The notes below the pieces were generated by a model. The model saw nothing but the letters and a program-made list of their open reading frames with translations. It had not been told where the DNA came from and made no database searches. A program made the translations under genes and the position numbers. From Myxococcota bacterium (GTDB taxonomy: Bacteria; Myxococcota_A; UBA796; UBA2385), in NCBI GenBank assembly GCA_044344255.1, contig JBIJDH010000036.1:1-55786 (forward strand): a DNA stretch of 55,786 nt, read 5' to 3'. Below, piece after piece: positions 8,748 to 18,351 of this stretch (position 1 is the first letter of the stretch; each line of letters begins with the position of its first letter).

Positions 8748-9302
8748 ATGGAGATGGAGATGCAGCGATGGTTCCCCTCGTTCATGGTCATGGCAGGCTT
8801 AGGATTCATCCTCAGCGCCGCTGCCCACCTCTGCAGTCTCTTCGGCATTCCCATCCCCGGCGGCAAAATGGTGATGGGGCTCCACCTCGGGGTCTTCATC
8901 GTTTGGATTCCGACGTTCCTGGCGTCAAAGAGAGCCACGCGAGGGGCCCCGAAGAACGACCACTGGAAGCTGACCATGGCAGGCTGTCCCGGCTGGATGC
9001 AGAAGGCCGTCATTGCCCTCGGGGCCTACGCCCTCCTCAACTTCATCCTCGCCATCTGGAGGGGGACGGGCCAGTCCGAGCACGCTGGGTCTGTCGATCC
9101 GAGCGAGGTTCGCGGCTTCTCCGGCCACTCTATGTTCTTCTATGGGGTCGCCTTCGCGACCCTGCTCTCGTTCATCCGCAAGCCTGATCTCTTGAATCGA
9201 AAGAGGTGCAGCGGGGGCCACGCAGTCTCCCCCACCGATGAATTCTGCCCCACGTGCGGAAAACCAGTAGAAGACGAGGAAGGTGAAGAATCGTTCCCCT
9301 AA
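8748..9302 (+). CDS. Membrane protein with C-terminal zinc ribbon
   Basis: About four hydrophobic segments; C-x3-H...CPTCG; GAGGAG SD; visibly more A/T than the flanks. Confidence 0.75.
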   Translation: MEMEMQRWFPSFMVMAGLGFILSAAAHLCSLFGIPIPGGKMVMGLHLGVFIVWIPTFLASKRATRGAPKNDHWKLTMAGCPGWMQKAVIALGAYALLNFILAIWRGTGQSEHAGSVDPSEVRGFSGHSMFFYGVAFATLLSFIRKPDLLNRKRCSGGHAVSPTDEFCPTCGKPVEDEEGEESFP

Positions 9303-9353
9303 CCTTCGAGACCCCTCGCCTCCGCCGCCAGCCTCCCCCGCCCGCCCTCAAGC

Positions 9354-10988
9354 TCACTCCGCGGCGGCCGCGGCCTCCGGCACACACTCCATCCCCGCCG
9401 AGGCGCTGAGGAAGCGCACGCCCTGCGCCTCGAGCGGGACCAGCGCCCCCACGAGGTTGCTCACGCTGTTCGACCAGGCGGCGACGGAGAAGAAGGCCAC
9501 CGGCGGGCGCTCGGCCTTGGGCAGGGCCAGCAGGGCCTCGATCTGCGCGGCGATGCTGGCCGACGTGTCCTCATAGGTGCCCACCGCGCGGAGCAGCGGG
9601 ACGCCGCCCACCCGCTCGTGGTCCGCCGCCTCGTGGAAGAGGGGCGGGTAGTAGCCGTCGAGCAGCCCGGTGAGGACGCCGGCGCGCAGGGCCTCTTCGG
9701 CCTGGGACTGCCAAGCGTAGACCCCGCCGCCGGACTCGCGCGGGTCAAGGAGCCAGAGGACGTGGAGGCCGAGCGCCTCCATCTGCTGGAAGCCGAGCCC
9801 GAAGAAGTTCTCCGGCTCGGGGAGCTCACCGCCGTAGGCGTAGCCGGGGCCGATCATCATCACGAGCTCGTCCTCCGGCGCCTTGGTGCGCACGTAGTAG
9901 TCGAGCAGCTCGGGCGCGAAGGTGGCGAGGGCCGGCGAGATCGACCAGTTCAGCGCCAGGGTGCCGCGCTCGGGGGCCAGCCAGTAGCGGCTCGTCGGGT
10001 AGAGGGTCGTGCCGACGACGAGGTTGTCACCGTCGGAGAGGGCGATGACCACGTTGAGCTCGGCGTCCTCGCAGTCGAGCCCGAGGTCGTTCGGAGGGTC
10101 CGGCAGCGTGGGATTGGACACCGCCATCGCGAGGTGGAAAGAGAGGTTGGCCGCGCTGTCCGAGGGGATCAGCATTGCGCCTTGCTGGGAGATCTCGGTG
10201 ACGCTGTTGAGCTCCTGGACGCCGTCCTCGGCGGCGTAGCCGTACACAGCGACCCCCGAGGGCACGCTCGCGAGCGCGGTCTGCACGCTGGCCCACTCCG
10301 GGTCACCCTCGAGGCCGCCCAAGGTGGGGATGCCCTGCTGGATGAAGAGGTCGCGCGTACGCAGCTTGGTCGTGCGAAGCATCGCGAAGCGGCTGAGGTC
10401 AAGGTCGCCGACGGAGGCGGCGAGCGCCTCGTTACAGGCCACCTCGTCCTCCCAGCGGCCCACGACGCTGTCGAGCTGCGGCAGGCCGACGACCTCGACG
10501 TTCGGGGCCTCCCCGGCGGTGGTGACGATGGCCCGCAGCCCGCCCGCGGCGCTGGTCGCGGCGTTCAAGGTCCAGGGCTCGTAGTCGGCGGCGAGGATGT
10601 AGCCGTCGAGCTCGGGCGCGAAGGCGGCGAGGGCGGCGTCGAGGTCACCCTCGCCGATGCGGGGCACCCCGCGGTCCTCGTAGAGGCTGAGCCAGTGTTC
10701 GGCCGACTCGAGGCTCTCCTCGGGAGAGGAGGGATCGTCCTCGTCGTCGAGGATGTAGATGCGCGCTGCGTCGCGGTTGATGACCCCCTGAAGGCTCCGC
10801 CCCATCAGCCGGCGGGTCGCGGTCTCCCCGGAGAGGTCGAGCACCCACAGGCCCTCCACGGGCGGCACCACCATCTCGTAGGGATCGCGGTACCCCTCCT
10901 CCTCGTAGTCGGGGATGACGGGGTAGGTCTTGTCCTGCCCACAGGCGGCGGCGGCGAGCAGCGCGGCCAGCGTGAGGGTGACCCGCAA
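9354..10988 (-). CDS. GxGYxYP-family putative glycoside hydrolase, lipoprotein
   Basis: SLQGVINR, NLSFH, SDGDNL, RG...NWSISP and GPGYAYG; lipobox AAAC. Start approximate. Confidence 0.75.
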   Translation of the reverse strand: MRVTLTLAALLAAAACGQDKTYPVIPDYEEEGYRDPYEMVVPPVEGLWVLDLSGETATRRLMGRSLQGVINRDAARIYILDDEDDPSSPEESLESAEHWLSLYEDRGVPRIGEGDLDAALAAFAPELDGYILAADYEPWTLNAATSAAGGLRAIVTTAGEAPNVEVVGLPQLDSVVGRWEDEVACNEALAASVGDLDLSRFAMLRTTKLRTRDLFIQQGIPTLGGLEGDPEWASVQTALASVPSGVAVYGYAAEDGVQELNSVTEISQQGAMLIPSDSAANLSFHLAMAVSNPTLPDPPNDLGLDCEDAELNVVIALSDGDNLVVGTTLYPTSRYWLAPERGTLALNWSISPALATFAPELLDYYVRTKAPEDELVMMIGPGYAYGGELPEPENFFGLGFQQMEALGLHVLWLLDPRESGGGVYAWQSQAEEALRAGVLTGLLDGYYPPLFHEAADHERVGGVPLLRAVGTYEDTSASIAAQIEALLALPKAERPPVAFFSVAAWSNSVSNLVGALVPLEAQGVRFLSASAGMECVPEAAAAAE

Positions 10989-11022
10989 GGGCAGGACGGC
11001 GGCCGACAGAGGACGATGGACG

Positions 11023-11637
11023 ATGGACCGAGACAGGAGCGCACCCCCGACCGCCCCTCTACCCCCTGAAGCGGGCGGCGGTCCACCGGGGGAGCCTGTG
11101 CTCCCCGCTATTCGCCGTATCCACGGTGAGGTCGACCGCCGCGTGCGCGGCCTCGTCCGCCGCAACGGGGCCCGCCTCCGCTGTGGGCTCGGCTGCCACG
11201 CCTGCTGCACCGACGGGCTCAGCGTCTTCGAGGTGGAGGCCGACCGGATCCGCGCCGGCGCGGCCGCGCTCCTCGCCGAGGGCGCGCCCCACCCCGCGGG
11301 GGCCTGCGCCTTCCTCGACGAGGCCGGCGCCTGCCGCGTCTACGCAGACCGCCCCTACGTCTGCCGCACCCAGGGCCTCCCGCTGCGCTGGACGGAGGGG
11401 GCGGAGCCGGTCGAGGTGGAATACCGCGACATCTGCCCCGAGAACGAGGTCGAGGGCGCGCCCCTCGAGGCCCTGCCAGCCACCGACTGCTGGCGCATCG
11501 GCCCCACCGAGGCCGCCCTCCGCGCCCTCCAGCTCGAGCGACAAGCGGCCGAGGCGGTGCCCGAGGGCGGGCAGGCGGAGCCGCGGCGGGTGGCCCTGCG
11601 CGACCTCTTCCTCCGCGCCCCAGCCTCACTCGGATGA
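11023..11637 (+). CDS. YkgJ-family (CxxCxxCC) cysteine-cluster protein
   Basis: CGLGCHACC...CAFLD...CRVYADRPYVCR. Start 11023 or GTG 11098. Confidence 0.85.
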   Translation: MDRDRSAPPTAPLPPEAGGGPPGEPVLPAIRRIHGEVDRRVRGLVRRNGARLRCGLGCHACCTDGLSVFEVEADRIRAGAAALLAEGAPHPAGACAFLDEAGACRVYADRPYVCRTQGLPLRWTEGAEPVEVEYRDICPENEVEGAPLEALPATDCWRIGPTEAALRALQLERQAAEAVPEGGQAEPRRVALRDLFLRAPASLG

Positions 11638-12116
11638 GCGCGCCGCCCCGCCACGTCGAGACCGCCCTGGTGCTGCTCCACGCGCTCACCTGGGGCCTGC
11701 CGAACACCCTCGTCTCGCTCGGCGGCGCCCTGCTCTCGCTGCCCTTTCGCCCCCGCCTCTCCCGCCACCGCCTCGCCTGGGTGCTGCGCCTGCGCGTCCC
11801 CTTCCACGGCGGGGTCTGCCTCGGGCCGCTCATCCTCGTGCACCACAAGGCCGACGCCCGCCTGCTCGACCACGAGTACGGCCACTTCGTCCAGCACCTC
11901 GCCTTGGGGCCGCTCTACCACCTCGTGATCGGCCTCCCGAGCCTCAGCCACATGCTGTGGTGGCTCCACACCCGGCGCGGCGCCTACGTGCACTTCTACA
12001 CGGAGGCCTGGGCCGACGCATGGGGCGGGGTCTGGGACCCAGCGGTGCACATCCACCCGCGCTGGACCGGCTACCTCTGGCCCGGCCGCCCTCGCCCGCC
12101 CAAGGACCGAGGTTAG
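11634..12116 (+). CDS. Membrane-associated protein with HExxH motif
   Basis: HEYGH...LGPLY...IGLPS...FYTEAWAD; ATGA overlap with the YkgJ-like gene. Confidence 0.7.
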   Translation: MSAPPRHVETALVLLHALTWGLPNTLVSLGGALLSLPFRPRLSRHRLAWVLRLRVPFHGGVCLGPLILVHHKADARLLDHEYGHFVQHLALGPLYHLVIGLPSLSHMLWWLHTRRGAYVHFYTEAWADAWGGVWDPAVHIHPRWTGYLWPGRPRPPKDRG

Positions 12117-12125
12117 GAGACACAG

Positions 12126-12635
12126 ATGCGCACCGCTCACCGACCCTCTCACCCCTCGCCGCTCCTCCCCGGCCTGCTGCTGGGCCTCCTCGCGATCGCC
12201 GCCTGTGAGCGGCCCGCGTCCACGGGGGCCCCCTCGGCCGCCGCCGCGCCCGCCGTCGCCGCGCCCTCCGCTGCGCCTGCCGCTGCGCCTGCCGCTGCGC
12301 CACCCGTCTGGCCCGCCGCCGGCCCCGAGTGGGCCACGGTCGCCCTCGCCGAGGGCGCCGCCCGCGAGGCCCCGGAGGGCAGCGTCCCCGGGACCTTCCG
12401 CAACGCCGCAGGCGCCGTCGCCTGTCCCGTGATGGGGATGGACATCGCGACCCCGGCCGACGCAGTCTCTTTCGCCGACCACGCAGGCGTCCGGTATTTC
12501 TTCTGCTGTGACTCCTGCGAGAAGCTCTTCCTCGACAACCCCGAGGAGTACGCCAACGGCAAGTACATGAACGAGCACGCCCTCGACCGCAGCGCCCCGG
12601 CGGCCTGTGAAGAGGAGGCCGGAAAGGCCGGCTGA
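12126..12635 (+). CDS. YHS-domain lipoprotein
   Basis: AGGAG SD, lipobox AIAAC, CPVMG...YFFCCDSC...F..NPEEY. Confidence 0.85.
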   Translation: MRTAHRPSHPSPLLPGLLLGLLAIAACERPASTGAPSAAAAPAVAAPSAAPAAAPAAAPPVWPAAGPEWATVALAEGAAREAPEGSVPGTFRNAAGAVACPVMGMDIATPADAVSFADHAGVRYFFCCDSCEKLFLDNPEEYANGKYMNEHALDRSAPAACEEEAGKAG

Positions 12636-12677
12636 ACCTCGCCTCCGCACGCCGAGCGCCCGAGGAGTGACCCGCGA

Positions 12678-13466
12678 ATGCCTGTCCTGCTCTTCGCCGT
12701 CCTCCTCTCCTGCAGCGGCCCCGCCGTGGCAGACCCCGCCTGGGCCTGCCCGCTCGGCCCGGTGGTGGGCTCCCCGGCGCTCCAGCCGAAAGTGGAGGCG
12801 GGCCTCCATGAGGCGGAGCTCGACTACTCCCAGGACTCGCTACCCACGATGGAGCGCACCTTCTCCCACGACATCACCGGGCGGGCCTGGCTCCGGCTCG
12901 ACCCCACGGGGGCCTTCGAGGCCTGCCTCGGGCTGAGAGAGACCCGCAGCGCCTCCGTCAGCAAGTACGCCTCGCGAGACGGGGAGCACCACACGAGCGA
13001 GGACGAGCGCCGCAGCCTGATCCACCTGCGCGGCGATTGGACGAGCCGCGAGGACGGCGCCCGACTGGTCGTCCGCCGCCTCGCCTGGAGTGAGTGTGAG
13101 GCGCCGGCCGAGGCGATGCCCCCCTATGAAGGTGCACCGCTCGTCTGTGGGAGCCTCCCCGCCGCGCCGCCCCTGCCGGTGGGGGCCCTCGCCTGTCGGG
13201 CCCTCGGCGCGCTGCCCGGCCTGGAGAGCGCAGGCCTGGAGCTCAACAGCGGGCGGCGCGCCGGCGCCTGGGCCCTACGCCAGTCACCGATGGACCGCGG
13301 GGCGCCCGATCCCTCACCGCCCTGCGGGCCCTGGCTGGTCTTCGGCGCGAGCCCCGGGCTCACCATTCGGAGCGAGGAGGGTCGCCACGACGAGCGGCCG
13401 ACGGTCACCTTCTCCGCGGGCGCCCGCCCCATGGTGCTCAAGGCCTACCTCCCTGGGGCGAAATAG
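12678..13466 (+). CDS. Hypothetical exported protein/lipoprotein
   Basis: GAGGAG SD, LLSC, host-like codon usage. Confidence 0.6.
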   Translation: MPVLLFAVLLSCSGPAVADPAWACPLGPVVGSPALQPKVEAGLHEAELDYSQDSLPTMERTFSHDITGRAWLRLDPTGAFEACLGLRETRSASVSKYASRDGEHHTSEDERRSLIHLRGDWTSREDGARLVVRRLAWSECEAPAEAMPPYEGAPLVCGSLPAAPPLPVGALACRALGALPGLESAGLELNSGRRAGAWALRQSPMDRGAPDPSPPCGPWLVFGASPGLTIRSEEGRHDERPTVTFSAGARPMVLKAYLPGAK

Positions 13467-13490
13467 ACCCCGAGCTCAGCGGAGCGATGA

Positions 13491-14027
13491 ATGCCCGAAT
13501 TCGTCACCCAGTCCGAGACCACCCGTCCACCCGAGGAGACCTTCGACTTCATCGTCGACCTCTCCCAGTGGCCGAGCTTTCGCGGCTATGGGCCCCTGCC
13601 CGGCATCGTGAAGGCAACGCTCTCCGAGCCTGTCTCCGAGACCGGGGGCGCGGGCCCGGGCCTGGGCTCCCGCATCCGGGTCGAGAACACGGACGGGAGC
13701 GTGCACCACGAGGTGGTCGTCGCCTTTGAGCGCGGTCGCCTGCTGCAGATCCGGATGGAGCTCGCTCCGCCGGTCTCCTATGTGCTCGCCAGCATCGACG
13801 AGACGGTGGAGCTCGAGCCCACCCCCACGGGCACCCGGGTGACGCGGCGCTTCGTGGTGCAGGCCGCCTCTGTCTTCAGCGCCCCGGTGGCCTGGCTCTT
13901 CGGCGGGGTGCTCCTCCGACGGGCGGTGGACGCCCACAACGTGGCGGTCTCCGCCCAGCTGGCGCGGCGAGGGTCGGGCGTGGACGGGACGAGACAGGCG
14001 CTTGCGGGAAGATCCTCCGAGGCGTAG
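13491..14027 (+). CDS. SRPBCC (polyketide cyclase/dehydrase-like) protein
   Basis: PPEETFDFIVDLSQWP...GLGSRI...EPTPTGTRVT pattern. Confidence 0.8.
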   Translation: MPEFVTQSETTRPPEETFDFIVDLSQWPSFRGYGPLPGIVKATLSEPVSETGGAGPGLGSRIRVENTDGSVHHEVVVAFERGRLLQIRMELAPPVSYVLASIDETVELEPTPTGTRVTRRFVVQAASVFSAPVAWLFGGVLLRRAVDAHNVAVSAQLARRGSGVDGTRQALAGRSSEA

Positions 14028-14060
14028 GGTCACAGGCTCCCCGCTGGTCCTCGGGTGCCC

Positions 14061-16451
14061 ATGCTCTCACCGTTTCGCCGCTCCGCCCGTCGCTGGTTGT
14101 TCCGCCTCGGGCCAGCCCTCCTGCTGCCCCTGCTCCCGGGCTGCTGGATGAAGGGGGAGCCCGCGGCGGGGGAGGAGGCGCGCGGAGAGGTCGATGGCGA
14201 TGACCGCGACGGAGACGGATTCACCGACGACTGCGGCCCCGACGACCGGGCCATTCACCCTGGGGCCGCAGAGGTCTGTGACGGTGTCGACAACAACTGC
14301 GACGGGGTGGTGGACACAGACGCCGTCGGCCAGGAGACCTGGTACCGCGACCTGGACGGCGACGGATACGCCGGGGACGACGAGACCGTCGTGGCCTGCT
14401 CCGCTCCCGATGCCTCCTGGCAAGGCACGGTCACAGACTGTGACGACACGACCGCGGAGGTGTGTCCGGGGGCCGAGGAGCGCTGCGACGGGCTGGACAA
14501 TGACTGTGATGGGCTGGCCGATCTCGACGACCCCGATCTGGCCGACGCGGCGCTCGTCGAGCTCCACGCCGACGCCGACCAGGATGGCCTCGGAGACCCC
14601 GTCGTGGTCGAGCTGCGCTGCACGGGTGAGACCGGCTGGGTAGACAATGCGCTGGACTGTGACGACGGAGACGCCGCCATCGGCGCCGCCACGGACTGGT
14701 ATCCGGACGAAGACGGGGACGGCTACGGCGTCTCCGGGGCCTCCGTCGAGGCCTGCCTCGAACCGTCCGGATATTCGGGGGTGCGGACAGACTGCGATGA
14801 CGCCGACGCGGCGGCCCACCCCGGCGCCCAGGAGGTCTGTAACACCGGCACGGACGACGACTGTGACGGGCTGGCCGACGACGCGGACAGCTCCACCGCC
14901 GCCTCCAGCCTCCGCACCTGGTACCGAGACACCGACGGCGACGGCTACGGAGACCCCACCGCCTCCACCGCCGCTTGCGCCCGACCCTCCGGATACGCGG
15001 CGAACAGCACGGACTGTGACGACTCCGAGGAGACCATCCACCCTGGCGCCACCGAGGTCTGCGGGGACGGCCTCGACAACGACTGCGATGACAGCGCGGG
15101 GGCCTGCGCGCTGTCCGGCAGCAAGAAGACCTCCGCCGACGACGTCCACATCAACGGTGGAGCCAGCAGCGACAACTTCGGCGATGGCCTCACGCTCGCC
15201 GACGTGGACGGAGACGGGGGCCTGGACCTCGTGGCGGGCGCCGCCGGCTATGACAATGCATCCTTGGCGAGCGCCGGCCGGCTCTACGCCTTCTTCGGGC
15301 CGGTCACGGCGGACAGCACCACCACAAGCGCCGACATCAACGTCAAGGGCGCCTCGGCGACGGGCTACCTCGGCGGGGCCGTCGATCGGGTGGGCGATCT
15401 CGACGGGGATGGCACCGAAGAGGTGGTGGTCGGGGCCTATGGGGTGAGCAGCAGCGCAGGCCGCGCCTATGTGCTGTACGGGCCTGGCTGGTCCTCGAGT
15501 GACACCGCCTCGATCAACGGGAGCGCGGCCGGCGACCTCCTCGGCGGCGCGGTCGCCGGGGTCGGAGACCTGAACGGAGACGGGGATCCCGATCTCGCGG
15601 TCGGCGCATCCGGCGATGATGACGCCGGGGCCAGCAGCGGATCGGTCTTCCTGTTCCTCAACGCGCCCACCTCCGGAGGCAGCACCTCCGTCTCCGCGGC
15701 CTCCGTTCAATGGACCGGGGACGGCGCTTCGGCCGGCGTCGGCTCCGTTCACAGCTTCGCGACCGCGGGAGACCTCGACGGAGACGGTCGGGACGAGCTG
15801 ATCATCGGCGCCTACGCAGGCGGCGGGGGCACAGGGCTGGTCGGCCTCGAGTACGGCAGCGCCGCACCGACCTCCGGCTCCCGAAAGGTGACCGCCGCCG
15901 ACGCGGTGATTGAGAGCGCCACCGGCGGGGCGCACTTCGGCCGCTCGGTCGCGGGCGGCGGCGACCTCGACGGGGATGGATACGACGACTTCGCGGTGGG
16001 CGAGCTGTACGGGGGGGCCAACGCCGGCGCGGTGTGGATCTTCAGCGGAGGGGCCGTGCGCCGCTCGGGCACGCTGGACGCCGCGGCCGACAGCCTCTGC
16101 AGCGTCGAGGGGAGCAGCAACCTCGACCAGCTCGGTCGAACCCTCGGCATCGGAGACCTCGACGACTCGGGTACGGCTGACCTGAGCGCGGGCGCCCCGC
16201 AGGCGAAGGTGGGCAGCTCCGCCTACGCCGGGATCGTCTACACCTGGTACGGCCCCCTCTCGACCGGCACCTACGCAGCGAGCACCGCCGACCTGACCGT
16301 GAGCGCGGTCGCAGCCAATCAGTTCGCCGGGTGGCAGGGCCTCGCGGTGGGCGACGTGAACCACGACGGCGTGGACGACCTGCTCTTCGGCAGCGAGGGC
16401 TACTCCAGCTACAAGGGGCAGGTGAGCGTCTTCTTCGGCGCCGGCCTGTAG
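14061..16451 (+). CDS. Surface lipoprotein with MopE-like Cys/Asp repeats and FG-GAP propeller
   Basis: Repeated DCDD...HPGA.E.C.G.DNDCD units, then several GDLDGDG...VGA FG-GAP repeats. Confidence 0.9.
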   Translation: MLSPFRRSARRWLFRLGPALLLPLLPGCWMKGEPAAGEEARGEVDGDDRDGDGFTDDCGPDDRAIHPGAAEVCDGVDNNCDGVVDTDAVGQETWYRDLDGDGYAGDDETVVACSAPDASWQGTVTDCDDTTAEVCPGAEERCDGLDNDCDGLADLDDPDLADAALVELHADADQDGLGDPVVVELRCTGETGWVDNALDCDDGDAAIGAATDWYPDEDGDGYGVSGASVEACLEPSGYSGVRTDCDDADAAAHPGAQEVCNTGTDDDCDGLADDADSSTAASSLRTWYRDTDGDGYGDPTASTAACARPSGYAANSTDCDDSEETIHPGATEVCGDGLDNDCDDSAGACALSGSKKTSADDVHINGGASSDNFGDGLTLADVDGDGGLDLVAGAAGYDNASLASAGRLYAFFGPVTADSTTTSADINVKGASATGYLGGAVDRVGDLDGDGTEEVVVGAYGVSSSAGRAYVLYGPGWSSSDTASINGSAAGDLLGGAVAGVGDLNGDGDPDLAVGASGDDDAGASSGSVFLFLNAPTSGGSTSVSAASVQWTGDGASAGVGSVHSFATAGDLDGDGRDELIIGAYAGGGGTGLVGLEYGSAAPTSGSRKVTAADAVIESATGGAHFGRSVAGGGDLDGDGYDDFAVGELYGGANAGAVWIFSGGAVRRSGTLDAAADSLCSVEGSSNLDQLGRTLGIGDLDDSGTADLSAGAPQAKVGSSAYAGIVYTWYGPLSTGTYAASTADLTVSAVAANQFAGWQGLAVGDVNHDGVDDLLFGSEGYSSYKGQVSVFFGAGL

Positions 16452-16464
16452 GGCCGGGCCGGGC

Positions 16465-18213
16465 TCAGGGGCCGCTGATGACGAAGATGGCCCCCGCGTC
16501 GGTGCCCTCGGTGTTGTCGAAGGGGGCGCCGATGAGGGTGTCCTGGGCCCCGTCGCCCGTCACGTCGCCCACGCCGAGGGAGTAGCCGGCCCCGTCGGCG
16601 GGATCGGCCCCCGAGACCACCCCGAGGGCAGCGTCGGCGGCGTCGGCGGTGCCGCTCTCGGGCGGGCGGAGGAGCCACACCGAGCTCGCGGCGCTCGAGG
16701 CGGCGTAGCCGGGCGCGCCGACGAAGAGCTCGTCACCACCGGCGTCGTCGATGTCCGCGATCTCGACGGACCAGCCGAAGGCCCCTGCGAAGTCGCCCCC
16801 GCGCAGCGTCACGTCGGCCTCGGAGAGGGCGCGCTCGCCGCTCACCGGCCCGTAGAAGACGCCCACCGAGCCCTCGAGGACGGGGCCCGTGTAGTCATAG
16901 CCGGGCGCGCCGATCGCGAGGTCGGGGTTGCCGTCGCCGTTGAGGTCGCCGATGGCGAGGCCCATCCCCGCCGCGCCCCCGCCAGCCCCGCTCACCGTGA
17001 AGGTGGCGTCACCGAGGTCGGTGTCGCCGGCGCCGAGGTCGGTGAGGACGTAGACCCGGCCGTCATAGGCGTCGGCGAAGGGCGCCCCCACCGCCACGTC
17101 GCCGCTGCCGTCTCCGTCCAGGTCTCCGCCGCGGAGGGTGCGCCCGGCATACTCGCCGCCCACCGAGCCGGTCAGCGTGGCCCACGCGTCCGACAGGGGC
17201 TGGTCACCCGAGACCTCCCCGCGCACCACATAGACCCGGCCCTCGGCCGCGCCATAGGGGTAATAGGGCGCGCCGACCAGCAGCTCCCGGGCGCCGTCCC
17301 CGTCGACGTCGGCCGCGCCGAGCGCCGAGCCGGCCGCGTCATAGGCGGACTCCCCGTCGAGCACGGCGTCGTAGCCCTCGAGGGTGACCGCGCCCGTCGC
17401 GAGGCCGCTCACGACCGCCACCGAGCCCGATCCCCCATAGAAGCCCGCGCCCGGCTCTCCCATCACGACGTCGTCCAGCCCGTCGCCGTCGAGGTCGACC
17501 AGGGCCACGGCGAAGCCTGCGAACTGCGAGTAATAATAGTCCCCGGTGCCGGCGACGTGGGTGTCCGCCTCGGACAGGCTGCCCGACGACAGGGGGCCGC
17601 GCGCGAGGTCAGCGGCGCCGTCGGGGTCATTCGTCCACATCGCGCCGACGAGGAGGTCGGTCACGCCGTCCCCGTTCACATCCCCGGTGGCCAGCGCGTT
17701 GCCGGCGATGTCACCCGAGGAGGCGCCGGTGAGGAGGAGGTCGGCGTCGGCGAGGTCACCCGCGAGGGGGAAGGCGCAGGCGAGGTCTCCGCCCGAGCAG
17801 TCCTGATCGATCGTGTCGGCGCAGACCTCGGGGGCGTCGGGGTGGACGCTGGCGTCGCCGTCGTCACAGTCGCCCGCGGTGGCCGAGGAGGAGGGCGGCG
17901 GCTCGCAGGAGGTGGTGCTGGAAGCCGGGTCCCCATAGCTGTCGCGATCGAGGTCGGTGTACCAGACCGTCTCGCAGCCGGTGTCACCGCCGCCGTCGGC
18001 ACCGTCCGCGCCGTCGGCACCATCGGCACCATCGGCACCATCAGCCCCGTCCGCGCCGTCGGAGCCGTCGGAGCCGTCCGCGCCATCATCTCCCGAGGCG
18101 GCCGGGTCTCGACCGCCCGCGCCGGGCTTGCCGCTGCAAGCGGCGAGGCCGATCAGCACGCCGATAAGCGCGGGGAGTCGGAGGGTGCGGGAGGGGGACG
18201 GGGAGGCGGTCAT
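16465..18213 (-). CDS. Lipoprotein with (GAD)n linker, one MopE-like repeat and FG-GAP propeller
   Basis: LAAC lipobox, DGADG repeats, DCDDGDASVHPDAPEVC, and GDxxGDG...GAP repeats. Confidence 0.88.
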   Translation of the reverse strand: MTASPSPSRTLRLPALIGVLIGLAACSGKPGAGGRDPAASGDDGADGSDGSDGADGADGADGADGADGADGADGGGDTGCETVWYTDLDRDSYGDPASSTTSCEPPPSSSATAGDCDDGDASVHPDAPEVCADTIDQDCSGGDLACAFPLAGDLADADLLLTGASSGDIAGNALATGDVNGDGVTDLLVGAMWTNDPDGAADLARGPLSSGSLSEADTHVAGTGDYYYSQFAGFAVALVDLDGDGLDDVVMGEPGAGFYGGSGSVAVVSGLATGAVTLEGYDAVLDGESAYDAAGSALGAADVDGDGARELLVGAPYYPYGAAEGRVYVVRGEVSGDQPLSDAWATLTGSVGGEYAGRTLRGGDLDGDGSGDVAVGAPFADAYDGRVYVLTDLGAGDTDLGDATFTVSGAGGGAAGMGLAIGDLNGDGNPDLAIGAPGYDYTGPVLEGSVGVFYGPVSGERALSEADVTLRGGDFAGAFGWSVEIADIDDAGGDELFVGAPGYAASSAASSVWLLRPPESGTADAADAALGVVSGADPADGAGYSLGVGDVTGDGAQDTLIGAPFDNTEGTDAGAIFVISGP

Positions 18214-18351
18214 GGGGGCTCCAGCTCCCCGCCCGTGGGGCGCGGGGGTGGGCCCCCTATTCTGCCCGACCCGCGCGGGTGAGCCCCCGACCGCCTCCCC
18301 CGATACACTGCGCGCGGGCCGGCCCGCGGACGGGCGCCCCCTGGAGGCCCC

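Noticed and set aside
9290..9360. attC site after the atypical gene (CCCTAAC at the stop)
   Set aside because: No matching GTTRRRY or palindrome downstream, and no integrase.
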